In this document: piece by piece, positions 38,001-46,517 of the stretch
Layout of the letters: each line of letters starts with the position of its first letter
Numbering within the stretch: the first letter of the stretch is position 1
Source: a virus
Taxonomy: Duplodnaviria; Caudoviricetes
DNA: 64,000 nt
Strand: one strand, 5' to 3'
IMG/VR virus record: IMGVR_UViG_3300020582_000008
Coordinates: 287-64,286 of that record
Translations under genes and position numbers: made by a program
Notes under the pieces: model-generated
What the model saw: the letters and a program-made list of their open reading frames with translations, nothing else
Database searches by the model: none
Told to the model about the DNA's origin: nothing

Positions 38001-38544
38001 CAAGTACATTCGCAATCTGTCAACCGAATTTATCCCGTTCTCAATCGGAATGCGCCAGATCGCTTCGTTGGCCGATCCAACGTGGCGCAGCGTACGCTCG
38101 GAAATGGATGCGTTGCGCGCTCACATCCCCGGCCTAAGTCAAAGTCTCTTTCCTGTCCGCGACCTGTGGGGCCAGCCGATGCGCGGCGGCTCCATGATGT
38201 CATGGTCCCCCGCCGTAAACGATCCAGCAACAATCGCGCTACAAAAAGCCGAATACTACCCGGCGCGACCGGAGCGAAAGATTCGCGGCGTCGAATTGAC
38301 CGATCAACAATACGACGATTTCACGCGAATCGCCGGACGCGACGCCAAGATGCGAATTAATGCGATGATCTCAAATCCGGGCTTCGATCTTATCCCCAAG
38401 CAAATCCGCCAGGAACAGTTGAAAAACGCTATGGAGGGTGGGCGAGATATGGCGCGAACGGTGATCTTGATGCAGTATCCCGAAATTATGAAACAGGCGC
38501 TCGCCACCAAGCAACTGCCCTTCCAAAGCACGGTTGCCCACTGA
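32044..38544 (+). CDS. large ejection / polyvalent internal virion protein
   Basis: About 2166 aa; STFFHESGH...HEKFARGFEQYLREG zincin-like module; C-terminal LTGGGPSDP...GWKPYSIK. Confidence 0.85.
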   Translation: MQDVQPQQPAAAPAPQDVDALFPEKGGAQDVDSLFPASVEADRKAKNYGVSHSPVQDLIFGDKTVNPVARILDSFGQGFEQGWGTDRLGLSDESTDYLKKIGIFNDYQKGQSSLVKTANEVLLRPAAVALDAVIRRGLPGMFRGGQAVVQQLGEEVGAPNIAREIAALPEAFPTGLHGPVSGVPIPGLGLSEAYRNSPGLIETARQMRVIGAGERGWAGTAPVEAPKGEPVKIETAPQPVAGKSEQPSPMTPPPAAVTPSPEDIAPDIHTAARQAAPDVFARYDTLKQQQDGLQKWLTEREAQGQPEPGVKAYLDGVNKELDELSPQVKAAYQQAAETTNAATVPPPVSQSWGMFPPPEVTGAPAKIDATHTVLSGANSTADGTVVVDHNIPEFSPTLKDKDGNPANLHKYLVVHETAESEAMAKWKAEFIAREGRVPTQEETTKYYNDVAHPKIATPAERAAVEADGVSWPGYTHEMDGYLDRIEHEPNTNPPPGQMHIDPEAAIGHHKSENKPTVAPEQVIKPIEAQRDFIVNDVKHQLIAAGRSEAEAQAAGQLVAARYEARAVRLGGARGSAEELYKAEGAQIRGPGGPAEPPTVAPAPTAAPVPLAERAPAEQWNAFVAARAERTSRAVIETGYNALTTKLGAPIHLRRSQEWTPGNVVDVGFVKDLLITSKNSDGTFTLIAKPDANGISKSYNAEAHKGLVGDKPVSFKEATAPLLEATKPAEEIPESEITTIHVAPKAARGPRAVPQEHWSLLQFIADRGGIKADDKNIGDVRTIFGKDQKWIPGFGPLIRKDGMELDRAREAAVEAGYIQDHGQSGVSTGEATSNIDTLLQAMDREERGTKVYRQGVEPQEARERVPDAAELEQHRAEQAELDSRIADYLQEVGIKRNEIEPSIAARMRELMDRQRLEPDIAHERAVMEADDHAVETENAPERAEYIPGWDVPDDTRTAQGAGEATPKGEEAAPGAGPRTDRDGDREAYADKTNVTKAALEIAEPPTQSKPFVFDNPELEARYHAWKAARETEKDEAWKEFYQRKNLIEEREAEGQQQVPGAERIGDAERVQRAADQPLKPKAEQKPMDEGLFGDEKDQQELFQQARGGIVLNPNAVPGHDYIGMENVRPLMRLTAEANASTFFHESGHQYLAELVRDAAHEAAPADLKADAQTVMDWLGLKGPQDLALGSDASRAAKIKATKAHEKFARGFEQYLREGIAPSQQLAGVFAKFKQWMLNIYQTIKGLGAPISDNIRGVFDRMLAEQPQRTVIAPEIAKRPDLQDIHESDAVLTEPHEAERAGDRVQAEDARARAELPKDIADEHRGSAEKIGTSPSEPIPLGENRGGPDTIGPGGAGSAELGTEPQGGSHIVPQGAGLRTREGGAGTIEPLPIGPHVPLDALPAEKMDKVGNIRLENLNTPADVNNAIRDLYNSNREQLDTATRGVVSDQTVMDLADAMGADPRVVANNMERLRQMSVEDGVPLAARIWLMRDMFTKLSAEVANLAQGDDVAAFASARQRFLMAFETLSGVTAEMGRGMRAFRNMKTQMASAIEMANILRDDPKTLFQLKQQMALARAAETPAQSAAEIQRSNRTPWQRIRAGVISYVINNLISGPITHVMYSVGNDVLQLFKALPETAAASLAGRVLVATGKISEEDRIRMGEAGPRLYGMVYGARDGLSASYSALKTGVSVMKGDPSGIDLFSNEIAYRPQEIPGTVGYVLETPSRSVAAIHTMHYGMNYESEIAALGYRDAIKQGFDLGTDEFNSHVADFRMNPPRDAMDIAHQNALEMVLMRRPPYGGLQNWIQNLTNKYVLAKLVAPFVQIGGNILRGGFIERTPLGLMDQTVRDNLLGRNGAFKQQEQYGRMMVGSTLAVSTIGLAAQGILTGGGPSDPKQREVMEMTGWKPYSIKVEGEYIPYRKYLSVYGPLVAGAADMYEVGHAMSEKGLAQGAAALSFGFAEVVADETWMRGITSLIDAARHWDRDGAKYIRNLSTEFIPFSIGMRQIASLADPTWRSVRSEMDALRAHIPGLSQSLFPVRDLWGQPMRGGSMMSWSPAVNDPATIALQKAEYYPARPERKIRGVELTDQQYDDFTRIAGRDAKMRINAMISNPGFDLIPKQIRQEQLKNAMEGGRDMARTVILMQYPEIMKQALATKQLPFQSTVAH
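34889..35023 (+). CDS. candidate overprinted small ORF
   Basis: Amphipathic basic peptide in an alternative frame where the host frame is low-complexity. Confidence 0.4.
   Translation: MYLMTPEQHRARAKQLLKAKKPHLALAHEQIATAIEKRMRIKQT
36002..36202 (+). CDS. candidate overprinted small ORF
   Basis: AAGGA RBS; helical 66-aa peptide in an alternative frame. Confidence 0.5.
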   Translation: MSIEEVQRKLELAQANQSHWEKIAADPTLSVQAALAARNSARSHKAAVTLYRKALGYEHEKAAPAQ

Positions 38545-38701
38545 TGGCTGAAATCCGCCCGCCAATCACGCCGAGGAATGCACCAGCGAAGGCGCGGCCG
38601 AGAGTGCGCCCGCTGCGGAAGGTGAAGGCGCCGTTTCTGCCGACTGAGAAACATCCGCATGGTTGGCTTGCTCATCATCGGATGAAGGCTGAGACCACCA
38701 A

Positions 38702-40693
38702 ATGAAAAAAGCCGCACGCCTCCTACTCGCATTCCTCGGCCTTCTCATTTTAGGTGAGGTCGTCGATCTGGCCTGGCTCGGCTACGTGCGTGCAACGGTC
38801 ACGAGCGCGCAATCGTCCGTGGTCATCGGCGGCAACGGCTCGATCACGAATTTCACGTTCCCGTTTATAGGCGTCGCCTCCAACGATATTACGGTGATCT
38901 ATACCGATGCGTCGGGCAATCAAACGACGCTCACGCCGAACACGCAGTACACGCTTACGCTTATTGCTCCGCTCCCAGGAGCAATCTGGGGTCTCGGCGG
39001 CTCGGTCACGTACCCTCTCATTGGTTCTCCCATTGCCTCGGGGACGACGATCACCATCGCGCGGACGCTGCCCTATCTGCAAACCATAAGCTCGAATCAG
39101 GGGCAGGCGTTCCCGACTGCGGTTGAGGCGGCGCTTGATCTTCTGGCGATGCAGATTCAACAGGTAGATGCACTGTTTGGGCGCGGCATTGTGATTCCCG
39201 TGGTCGATAGTTGCGGGACTCTTGCGCCGCTTCCGGCCGCAGCGCAGCGCGCGAACCAAGCATTGGGCTTCGATGCCACCGGCTGCATTCCGGTGGCGAT
39301 TTCGACGCTGCCGGCCGGTACGGTGTCGTCTGCAATGCAGCCGGTGGTCAATGCACCGACGCTTGCGGCAGCGCGAACAGACTTGGGACTCGGCAGCGCG
39401 GCGACCGAAAATATTGGCTCCTATGGTCTAGCCGACGACGGCGGCGGAAATCTGAGACAAACTTTTACAACCGTTTCAGATTCGGGCTCACAAAGCGTCA
39501 CGTCGGCATTCCAACTCAACCAAAGAATCTGCGCGGGGCCGATCACCTATACGCTACCACGAGCAAATACGCTGTGGAACGGTTTCGGATTTTGGATTTA
39601 TGCGGTCTCCGGTATCTGCACGATCACGCCGAATGCAAGCGATAACTTTCCAGGTGTTGCTTCCGGGACATCGATTACGATTGCCGCAGGCTCGTGGATT
39701 TGGATAACCACCAACGCAGCCTCGACCGGAACGTGGTGGTTGGATGCTCATGGGTCGTCGAACGGAACGTTGGCTGCGACTGCGAGCGGTAATGCACTGA
39801 CGATCACCTATTCGGGCGGCCCGGTGCGCTTCCGCGATAACACGTTGGCCAACGGTGATTCGCTGTGGGCTGTTCCGCAAGGTGCCTTGGGCATCACCAT
39901 TCCGCAGGGCGCGACCCTCGGCACGTCAAGCAGCAACGTGCCATTTCGTATCTGGATTTTTGCAGCCTACAATGGTGGAACGCCGATCTTGGGAGTTGCT
40001 ACCTGTTCGTCCTCAACCCAACTTTATCCGTGCAAGGCTTGGACGACGCAGCGCAAGACCGGAGTTGGAATTACGGCTGGGTCAACCGCTCTTGGCACTC
40101 TCTACACATCGGCTGCGGATTCAAACGACAGTATCATCATCTTGGGTTACGCCGACTATGCGTCAGGGCTTGGGACGGCAGGCACTTACGCTTCCGCGCC
40201 CACGACATTGCAGCCGTTCATAGCCGGCGTTCCAGGGCCGGGTGAAATCGTGCAACGTATTGAGCCGGCGCCGATCACTACGACGACATCCTGTCAAACG
40301 ACAAATACACAAAGTACCATCACGGCCGCGATCACGCCAACAAGTTCGCCGAATCTCGTCCGCGCTACTGCAAACATCGCGGGTACGTCGGGCGCAGCAC
40401 AAACAGGTAATGCGAGATTTTCGCGCGGCACCGTTCCTACGTTGATCGGAATGACCGGCGTTACGGGAGGCGGCGGCATTGCTTCGGGTGGTCTCAATAG
40501 CACTGTCCCGGTCAGAGTCTTGGACGCTCCCGGAACAGCGTCGAGTATAAGTTATTACATCTACTGCACAAGCAACGTGAACGGTGGCTATGTGGCCGGC
40601 ACATCGCTGGGCAGTGATATAGTGCTTGAGGAAATCATGGGGTGGCTTGAACCCGCGAACGACAACACCATTCCTCTAACGAAAGTTGGGTGA
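38702..40693 (+). CDS. tail fibre with T7-like attachment domain, preceded by a signal-like leader
   Basis: TVTS...GNGS...FTFPF, VEAALDLLAMQIQQ, AARTDLGLG. Confidence 0.8.
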   Translation: MKKAARLLLAFLGLLILGEVVDLAWLGYVRATVTSAQSSVVIGGNGSITNFTFPFIGVASNDITVIYTDASGNQTTLTPNTQYTLTLIAPLPGAIWGLGGSVTYPLIGSPIASGTTITIARTLPYLQTISSNQGQAFPTAVEAALDLLAMQIQQVDALFGRGIVIPVVDSCGTLAPLPAAAQRANQALGFDATGCIPVAISTLPAGTVSSAMQPVVNAPTLAAARTDLGLGSAATENIGSYGLADDGGGNLRQTFTTVSDSGSQSVTSAFQLNQRICAGPITYTLPRANTLWNGFGFWIYAVSGICTITPNASDNFPGVASGTSITIAAGSWIWITTNAASTGTWWLDAHGSSNGTLAATASGNALTITYSGGPVRFRDNTLANGDSLWAVPQGALGITIPQGATLGTSSSNVPFRIWIFAAYNGGTPILGVATCSSSTQLYPCKAWTTQRKTGVGITAGSTALGTLYTSAADSNDSIIILGYADYASGLGTAGTYASAPTTLQPFIAGVPGPGEIVQRIEPAPITTTTSCQTTNTQSTITAAITPTSSPNLVRATANIAGTSGAAQTGNARFSRGTVPTLIGMTGVTGGGGIASGGLNSTVPVRVLDAPGTASSISYYIYCTSNVNGGYVAGTSLGSDIVLEEIMGWLEPANDNTIPLTKVG

Positions 40694-41016
40694 CGATGCC
40701 CGAACCGCAGATTCAACAAAATCAGATCATCCCGATTCCAAGTCCAGTCTTTACGTCGGTTGCTCTGACGACGGCAAATAATCCGAATGTCATCGGAACA
40801 AACGCAAACCGCCGCGGCATTACGTTTGGAAACCCATCGGCAACGCAGACGATCTATCTGGCACCAGCCGGAAGTGCGATTACCACCAATCAAGGTCTCC
40901 CGCTGTTTCCCGGCGCCACGCTGCCGATCATGGCACAAGGAAATTTTCAGATCAATTGTGGTTGGCAGGCGATCGCTAGCGGCAACTGCAATCTCACTAT
41001 TCTGGAATTCGTGTGA
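40690..41016 (+). CDS. small beta-rich tail-associated protein
   Basis: NANRRGITFGN motif; coupled to both neighbours. Confidence 0.65.
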   Translation: MTMPEPQIQQNQIIPIPSPVFTSVALTTANNPNVIGTNANRRGITFGNPSATQTIYLAPAGSAITTNQGLPLFPGATLPIMAQGNFQINCGWQAIASGNCNLTILEFV

Positions 41017-43256
41017 TGAAGAAGATTTTGCTGGCACTGGCGTTTTTGTTTGCTGCGGCAGTTCCTGCGGCGGCGCAAGGGTGCGGACCACAGAATCCGA
41101 ATTGCATTGTGCCGACTGCTCCCGCTGGTACAAACAATAATCAAGCCGCGTCCACACAATTCGTGCAGCAAGCTATTGGCGGCCCCGGCGCCAATCCTGT
41201 CAGCGGCCCGGCAACATCGACCCTTGGCGATGTACCGGCGTATGGCAATGCCACGGGGTCACAAATCACGGACCCTGCCACAATTTCAAGCAATCAAAAT
41301 TTCTACTTTGGTTCTGGTCGCCCTTGGGTCGATGTGCGCGCATGTGGTGCGGTCGGCGACAATAGCACCGACGACACCGCTGCAATCAATACATGCTACA
41401 ATAAGTTGGTCGCCTTCGGGGGCGGTGACCTGTTTTTTCCTCCGACATCGAACGGCGTCTATTGCACTTTCACCGGCCTGAATTTTATTTCCGGCAATAT
41501 CAGACTGCGCGCGGCTGGTGGTGGCTCGTCGATTGCCGATGCCGGGGTCAGTACATGCGGTCACGATGTTACGGCATTGAAGATAAGTGGCAGCTACACC
41601 GTCATCGAAAATCTCACCATTGTTGGCGGTGGCTATGGTACCACGCATCCGGCGCTTGATTTTGCTCCTGGCTGCAATCAGTGCAAGATAACCGGCGGCT
41701 CCGTTGCCGGCGGGACCAATCCAATTTTGCAGGAAGCTGCCGATGTCGTTATCACGAACGTCAGCGTAAGCCCTGGCTATGGTTCCGCGTCAGTCAAAGT
41801 TGTTAGTGGTGCCACCTATCTGATTAGAGACAGCATCGATCTATCTGCGCCAGTCTATACGCTGACCAATGCGAATTTCAGTGGCGGTGCCGCTGGCTGG
41901 GCATCGACCCATGCCTATTCCGGTTCGGTAACTGTCTCTACGCAGGGTTTCTACATTCAGCTTGTGACGGCTAGCTGTACCAGCGGCGGCAGCGCACCGA
42001 CTCTTAAATCATACGGCGTTGCAATAACGGATGGCACTTGCACTTGGCAGTTGATGTCTCCGGGAACCTATTACGCAGTACAGGCAGATACCGGAGCAAG
42101 CGCGCTCTATATGCTGGACGGCGATAGCAGCGGGCCGATGGTTGCTGGATTGGCCATAACAAATACGGGCGCCGGCACCGCGCCTGGCGGTATTGTCGTT
42201 GAAGGTTGGGACTTCGGCGCAAATCTCCAAGCTGGAATTTACGCCCATGACGGCAACACGCTCAGCGTTTCAAAATCGACGATCAATGGCTGCGTATTCG
42301 GCGGTTGCCCAGGTATTTATACGCTGGGGTCTTGGACTGGCGTAGTCAATGCCAATAATAATCTGCTGGCCGGCAATCAAACCGGCGTCAGTCTGAATGT
42401 TGGTGGCGGCGACAGCATCGTCGGAAACACGATTGTCTCAAACGTCACGGGGGTTTTGGTTGCGAACAACTACGCCAATTTCAACATCAACAGCAATAAC
42501 TTTTACAACGCGGCTTATGGTTCCAATTCGGGGAACGATGTTACTATCGGAACCGGAGCAACGCATTGCAACGTCGTCGGCAATAGCAGCAACGGCGGTA
42601 CTTTCAGTACCGGAGCATGCGTTGCCTCTCTCAACGATGGCGCTGGCATTTCTGTAGCCGGTGGCGGAACTGGCCGGGCTACTCTGACTGTTCACAGTTT
42701 TGTCATTGGCGAAGGAACGAGTCCGGTAAATGCAGTGGGGCCGTGCAATTCAAATGTGCCAATCACTGGCGTAAGTTCTAGCGCCGATCCGCAATGTGGC
42801 GGCACTATTGGCTATGCCAACGGCGGCACCAACGCTACGTCACTCGCGGGTGCGCAGGCAAATTTGTTGATTGGGACATTAATGAGCGTCCCGGTTACTG
42901 TGAATTTTGCGGTGGCTGGCGATTATGCGATTGCAGTTCCACTTCCTACTGGATTTACACAATTAAGAGCTGACAATATTGTAATATCGCAGTGTAATGT
43001 ATCGCTTTCTGGCGCCACATTCGGTCTATTCACGGCAATTGGAGGCGGCGGCGCGGCGATCATCACGGCAGGCGCTACTTCGAATGTAACAAACAATACC
43101 GCTAACACAAATAATAATATGCAATTCGGCGCCGGCTCTATCAACAACATCGGTAGCGAGGCATACACGCCGATTGGCGGAAATATCCAATTTCGTGTTG
43201 GTTCAACGGCTGCAGGAACGTGTTCTGTGGCATTTCAATACAAACCTGTGCCATAA
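41016..43256 (+). CDS. tailspike with pectate-lyase-like beta-helix and signal peptide
   Basis: VDVRACGAVGDNSTDDTAAIN...GGDLFFPP; Asn-rich helix repeats; VAGGGTG fibre repeats. Confidence 0.85.
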   Translation: MKKILLALAFLFAAAVPAAAQGCGPQNPNCIVPTAPAGTNNNQAASTQFVQQAIGGPGANPVSGPATSTLGDVPAYGNATGSQITDPATISSNQNFYFGSGRPWVDVRACGAVGDNSTDDTAAINTCYNKLVAFGGGDLFFPPTSNGVYCTFTGLNFISGNIRLRAAGGGSSIADAGVSTCGHDVTALKISGSYTVIENLTIVGGGYGTTHPALDFAPGCNQCKITGGSVAGGTNPILQEAADVVITNVSVSPGYGSASVKVVSGATYLIRDSIDLSAPVYTLTNANFSGGAAGWASTHAYSGSVTVSTQGFYIQLVTASCTSGGSAPTLKSYGVAITDGTCTWQLMSPGTYYAVQADTGASALYMLDGDSSGPMVAGLAITNTGAGTAPGGIVVEGWDFGANLQAGIYAHDGNTLSVSKSTINGCVFGGCPGIYTLGSWTGVVNANNNLLAGNQTGVSLNVGGGDSIVGNTIVSNVTGVLVANNYANFNINSNNFYNAAYGSNSGNDVTIGTGATHCNVVGNSSNGGTFSTGACVASLNDGAGISVAGGGTGRATLTVHSFVIGEGTSPVNAVGPCNSNVPITGVSSSADPQCGGTIGYANGGTNATSLAGAQANLLIGTLMSVPVTVNFAVAGDYAIAVPLPTGFTQLRADNIVISQCNVSLSGATFGLFTAIGGGGAAIITAGATSNVTNNTANTNNNMQFGAGSINNIGSEAYTPIGGNIQFRVGSTAAGTCSVAFQYKPVP

Positions 43257-43366
43257 GGTTTTATATAACCAAATTTCACAGGCATCAGAATAAATTAACG
43301 AAATACGGTTGACGCAACCTTACATCGGAGTCAGGGTTGCTCACGTCAAAGAATCAGGACCGCGCC

Positions 43367-43594
43367 ATGATCCTCTCCGTCGAAGAAATCTGGATGGGCT
43401 TCATGGAAGGCGTCGAAGGCGTTTGCGTGGTGGTGAACAAGGGGACGGCGACCGAAACCATCATGTCGATTCGGATGTGGACGGCGTTCAACGCTGGGTT
43501 GGAATTGTCGCGGAGAGGGGCTATTCTGATTTCCGATAGTTGTTCGACGGTGCCGAAGGCGACGGCTGAGGAAATTCGGAGAATGGATTCGTGA
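43367..43594 (+). CDS. hypothetical protein
   Basis: AGGA RBS; TTGACG-N17-CAGGGT promoter candidate at 43309. Confidence 0.5.
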   Translation: MILSVEEIWMGFMEGVEGVCVVVNKGTATETIMSIRMWTAFNAGLELSRRGAILISDSCSTVPKATAEEIRRMDS

Positions 43595-43773
43595 GTAGGA
43601 ATTTTGGTCACGCGAGTGCTGCGCGAACTGAAAGACCGGAATCGGTCATCGATTCGACTGAGGAAAAGTTGACGCCGTTTCAGCGGTTTATTCTTGCGGT
43701 TGGGATTGCTGCGGGATTGTTTCTCGGTCTGACGACTGCGCACGGCTATTACATTTGGTTTTTGAAGCCATGA
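43591..43773 (+). CDS. small single-TM protein
   Basis: Hydrophobic C-terminal half; coupled to the lysin gene. Confidence 0.5.
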   Translation: MSRNFGHASAARTERPESVIDSTEEKLTPFQRFILAVGIAAGLFLGLTTAHGYYIWFLKP

Positions 43774-44360
43774 CCAATATCCCCGCGCTCAAAGCCTCCA
43801 ATGCCGCGCGATGGAAGGCGATGCACACGATTGCATCGCTTGGTCCGACGCTTGACGCCGTGGCTCATCGGCTCATTGCTCCAACCGCCAAGGCTCAGTA
43901 TCAAGCTGTGAGCACGGCAACGAAAGTGCCGTGGTTTGTTATTGCTGTTATCCATGAGCGCGAAGCGTCGCAGAGTTGGCTTGCCGGCCTAGCGCAGGGC
44001 GATCCTTGGAACAAAGTTTCCATTCACGTGCCGCGCGGCATCGGGCCGTTTCCGAGTTGGGAAGCTGCGGCCGAATATGCGCTGGAAAAATCCCCGCCGT
44101 TCGCCGCGCGCTGGACGGATTGGACCATCGGGGGCCTGCTCACGCTCTTGGAGGAATACAATGGGCTGGGCTATGCGGCACATGGCGTGCCGTCGCCTTA
44201 TGTGTGGGCGAGTACAGATCAGTATCGTTCCGGCAAGTACATCGCCGATGGTCACTACGATCCGAACGCTATCGATCATCAACTTGGGTGTGCAGCGCTG
44301 CTAAGCCGCATGGCGATGGAGGATACTTCGATCACTTTCGATACGGGGACAGCAGCATGA
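43770..44360 (+). CDS. endolysin (lysozyme-family, COG5526-like)
   Basis: VPWFVIAVIHEREAS, GPFPSWE, LEEYNGLGY, PSPYVW, GKYIADG, QLGCA. Confidence 0.85.
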   Translation: MTNIPALKASNAARWKAMHTIASLGPTLDAVAHRLIAPTAKAQYQAVSTATKVPWFVIAVIHEREASQSWLAGLAQGDPWNKVSIHVPRGIGPFPSWEAAAEYALEKSPPFAARWTDWTIGGLLTLLEEYNGLGYAAHGVPSPYVWASTDQYRSGKYIADGHYDPNAIDHQLGCAALLSRMAMEDTSITFDTGTAA

Positions 44361-44623
44361 CACAATATCCTTACGCAGGCGGAAGCTGGAAGTTCACCGG
44401 CCCGAGCTACAAGGCGATGGCGATCCTCGGTGTGGTGGCGGCCTTACTCATCGGCATTGTGATCGGGCTGTGCGAATACGCGAGCACGTCGGCTCACGCG
44501 CAATGGCCGTTCCGCCGGCAGTCGGCTTGGCAGGTGTGGTCACAGCAATGCGCGCTGCGCACTTGGGGTGGCCGATTGCCGGATTACTGCATCAACGCAT
44601 ATCGGGCGGTTACCGGGCAGTAA
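44357..44623 (+). CDS. small membrane-anchored protein
   Basis: One TM segment; ATGA coupling. Confidence 0.5.
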   Translation: MTQYPYAGGSWKFTGPSYKAMAILGVVAALLIGIVIGLCEYASTSAHAQWPFRRQSAWQVWSQQCALRTWGGRLPDYCINAYRAVTGQ

Positions 44624-44633
44624 GGAGAGAGCG

Positions 44634-44831
44634 ATGGCAACTGCACAAGATTATCAGATCGGACAAACCGCGCTGAAAGTTGTGGTGTCCGCGGCAATTT
44701 CTGCAAACGTTCCGCAGTGGGAGCAATCTGCGATTCCGCAGGCGCTTTTGTTGCAAATCGAAGCGCAGGGTGCGAAGGCGGTTATTGATGCCGTTGATGC
44801 CGAGCGCGCAAAAGTTTCTCAGGACAAATAG
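44634..44831 (+). CDS. hypothetical protein
   Basis: TAAGGAG RBS. Confidence 0.6.
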   Translation: MATAQDYQIGQTALKVVVSAAISANVPQWEQSAIPQALLLQIEAQGAKAVIDAVDAERAKVSQDK

Positions 44832-44839
44832 GGGATCAA

Positions 44840-45145
44840 ATGAGCGTCCGCGCTGTTATCAGCTTAATGCTTACAGCCGCATTTGTTGGTCTGATTTTCT
44901 TTCTCGGATGGCAAGGCAAGACCGAAACGCAGACGTTCAATCTTCTGGTCGGCGCACTGACCGGAGCGGCGCTCGGGCATGTGCTCGGCTACTATTTCAA
45001 CACCACCGAAAGCAGCGGCAAGAAGGACGACACAATCCTGTTGCAAAACAAAATAGCGGCTGGCGAGACACCGCCGCCCGGAAGCGACGCGCCCGCAGCG
45101 TCGGTCCTTGTGCAGGCGCCTGCGGCGACGGCGCAGGGGCCGTAA
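44840..45145 (+). CDS. putative holin
   Basis: Two TM helices, then VLGYYF...SSGKKDDTI. Confidence 0.65.
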   Translation: MSVRAVISLMLTAAFVGLIFFLGWQGKTETQTFNLLVGALTGAALGHVLGYYFNTTESSGKKDDTILLQNKIAAGETPPPGSDAPAASVLVQAPAATAQGP

Positions 45146-45293
45146 TGCGCGCGTGTGAATTTCCGTGCTGCCCTGAGCAACCCGTGATCTGGAATGACAC
45201 AATCCAGACTCAATCTAAAACTGTGATGTGCTAATTTTGTCACGGCCTTATCTGCTAAGCGTATGGCGTAACTTCATCAAAGTGGAGACGATC

Positions 45294-46112
45294 ATGCGCA
45301 AAGTATTTGGAATCCTCGGGGCGCTTGCGCTTCTGAGTTCGACGGCGGCGATGGCGGCGGATCAAAATCCGCCTCTCAAGGCGCCACCCTCCAATGAGTT
45401 CACAAGCTGGAACAATTCAGGATGGTGGTACGGCGTCGGCAGCTACGCTGGCGTTCAACAGGCAAGCGTGAACGGCAATAGCCTGCTTATCCCGTCGCTT
45501 GTCAGCTCCAATATCGACGCTTCGGGCGGCGGCATCGAAGTTCTTTTCGGCCATATCAGTGGCAACACAAATGTGCTCGGCTTCGGCAACTGGACCCTGT
45601 GGGAGTTGAAGGCCGCGTACCAGAATATCCAAGGCGCCAATCAGGTTGCCGGCGGGAGTTCTGGCTTCACTAGCCGATGGTCTTCAACGCAGGACGTTTG
45701 CGTGGGCGCCGATGTTTTCGCGGCGATCACTTCGGTGGTCGGCAACCTCGGCATCGGTACTTGGCCCACGTGGGCGCCGTCGCTTCCGTCAACGGTGCAG
45801 GTGGGTATCCCGAAACAGTGCTTGGGTGTCGCGGTTCGCGAGTTTGGTCTTGGCGGCGAGTTCGGCGGTGCCAACGGCACGTCGTTCGGTATTGCGCCGG
45901 GGCCGATCACGCAGTGGATTTATCCGACGCTCGGCACCAACGGCAAGCCGAACGGCGGTGCCATTAAGGCGTGGGCGTCCCTCGATTGGAACGTGAAGGG
46001 TTTTACGTTCGATAACCTGTTCGGGAAAACAGGTTCGGTGGGCATCACTCCCGGAGTGAGCAAAGGCACCGGCTATTTCGGGGGCATCGATATTCTGTTT
46101 GCTGTCAAGTAA
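45294..46112 (+). CDS. Rhizobiales-type outer-membrane beta-barrel-like protein
   Basis: Signal peptide AMA-AD..P.KAP, WSGWY-like start, alternating C-terminal strand ending LFAVK. Confidence 0.65.
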   Translation: MRKVFGILGALALLSSTAAMAADQNPPLKAPPSNEFTSWNNSGWWYGVGSYAGVQQASVNGNSLLIPSLVSSNIDASGGGIEVLFGHISGNTNVLGFGNWTLWELKAAYQNIQGANQVAGGSSGFTSRWSSTQDVCVGADVFAAITSVVGNLGIGTWPTWAPSLPSTVQVGIPKQCLGVAVREFGLGGEFGGANGTSFGIAPGPITQWIYPTLGTNGKPNGGAIKAWASLDWNVKGFTFDNLFGKTGSVGITPGVSKGTGYFGGIDILFAVK

Positions 46113-46125
46113 CCGTGCGTTTGAA

Positions 46126-46168
46126 CTTCCTCCCAGACTTATGGGGCGAGCGCCAATGCTCCCCCATA
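46126..46168 (+). terminator. CCTCCC element plus hairpin after the outer-membrane protein gene
   Basis: cttcctcccagact, then tatgggg-c-gagc...gctc-cccccata stem. Confidence 0.5.
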
Positions 46169-46274
46169 CCTTTGTACTGTGTAAGACCTTCACGCCGGTA
46201 CTTCTGGATAAGCGGAGCAATCCTTTAGTCATGGTACTTTCACCTGTGCTATAATCGAAAGTCGGGGGAATCCC

Positions 46275-46517
46275 GTGGTGGAAGATGACCAGGACCATGT
46301 ATTCTCCGACGCTTTCGAAACCGGGGACATGGCAAGGCTTCATAAACTTTGGTGGGAGCGCGGTCAGCGTATAGAAGCAGCCAATAAGCGGGAGAAGAAA
46401 CGACAGGGCCGATGGGTGATCTATGCCGCTTACGGAAGTGTACTGACGGCGGCAATCACGGTGATAACATGGTTGTCGAAATGGCTCACGTCACCTTTCC
46501 CGAAGGGGCCGCAATGA
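46275..46517 (+). CDS. small single-TM protein
   Basis: GGGGGA RBS; TGCTATAAT extended -10 at ~46247. Confidence 0.55.
   Translation: MVEDDQDHVFSDAFETGDMARLHKLWWERGQRIEAANKREKKRQGRWVIYAAYGSVLTAAITVITWLSKWLTSPFPKGPQ

Noticed and set aside
38702-43256. Diversity-generating retroelement, as in BPP-1
   Set aside because: No reverse transcriptase ORF, and I saw no TR/VR pair differing at adenines.
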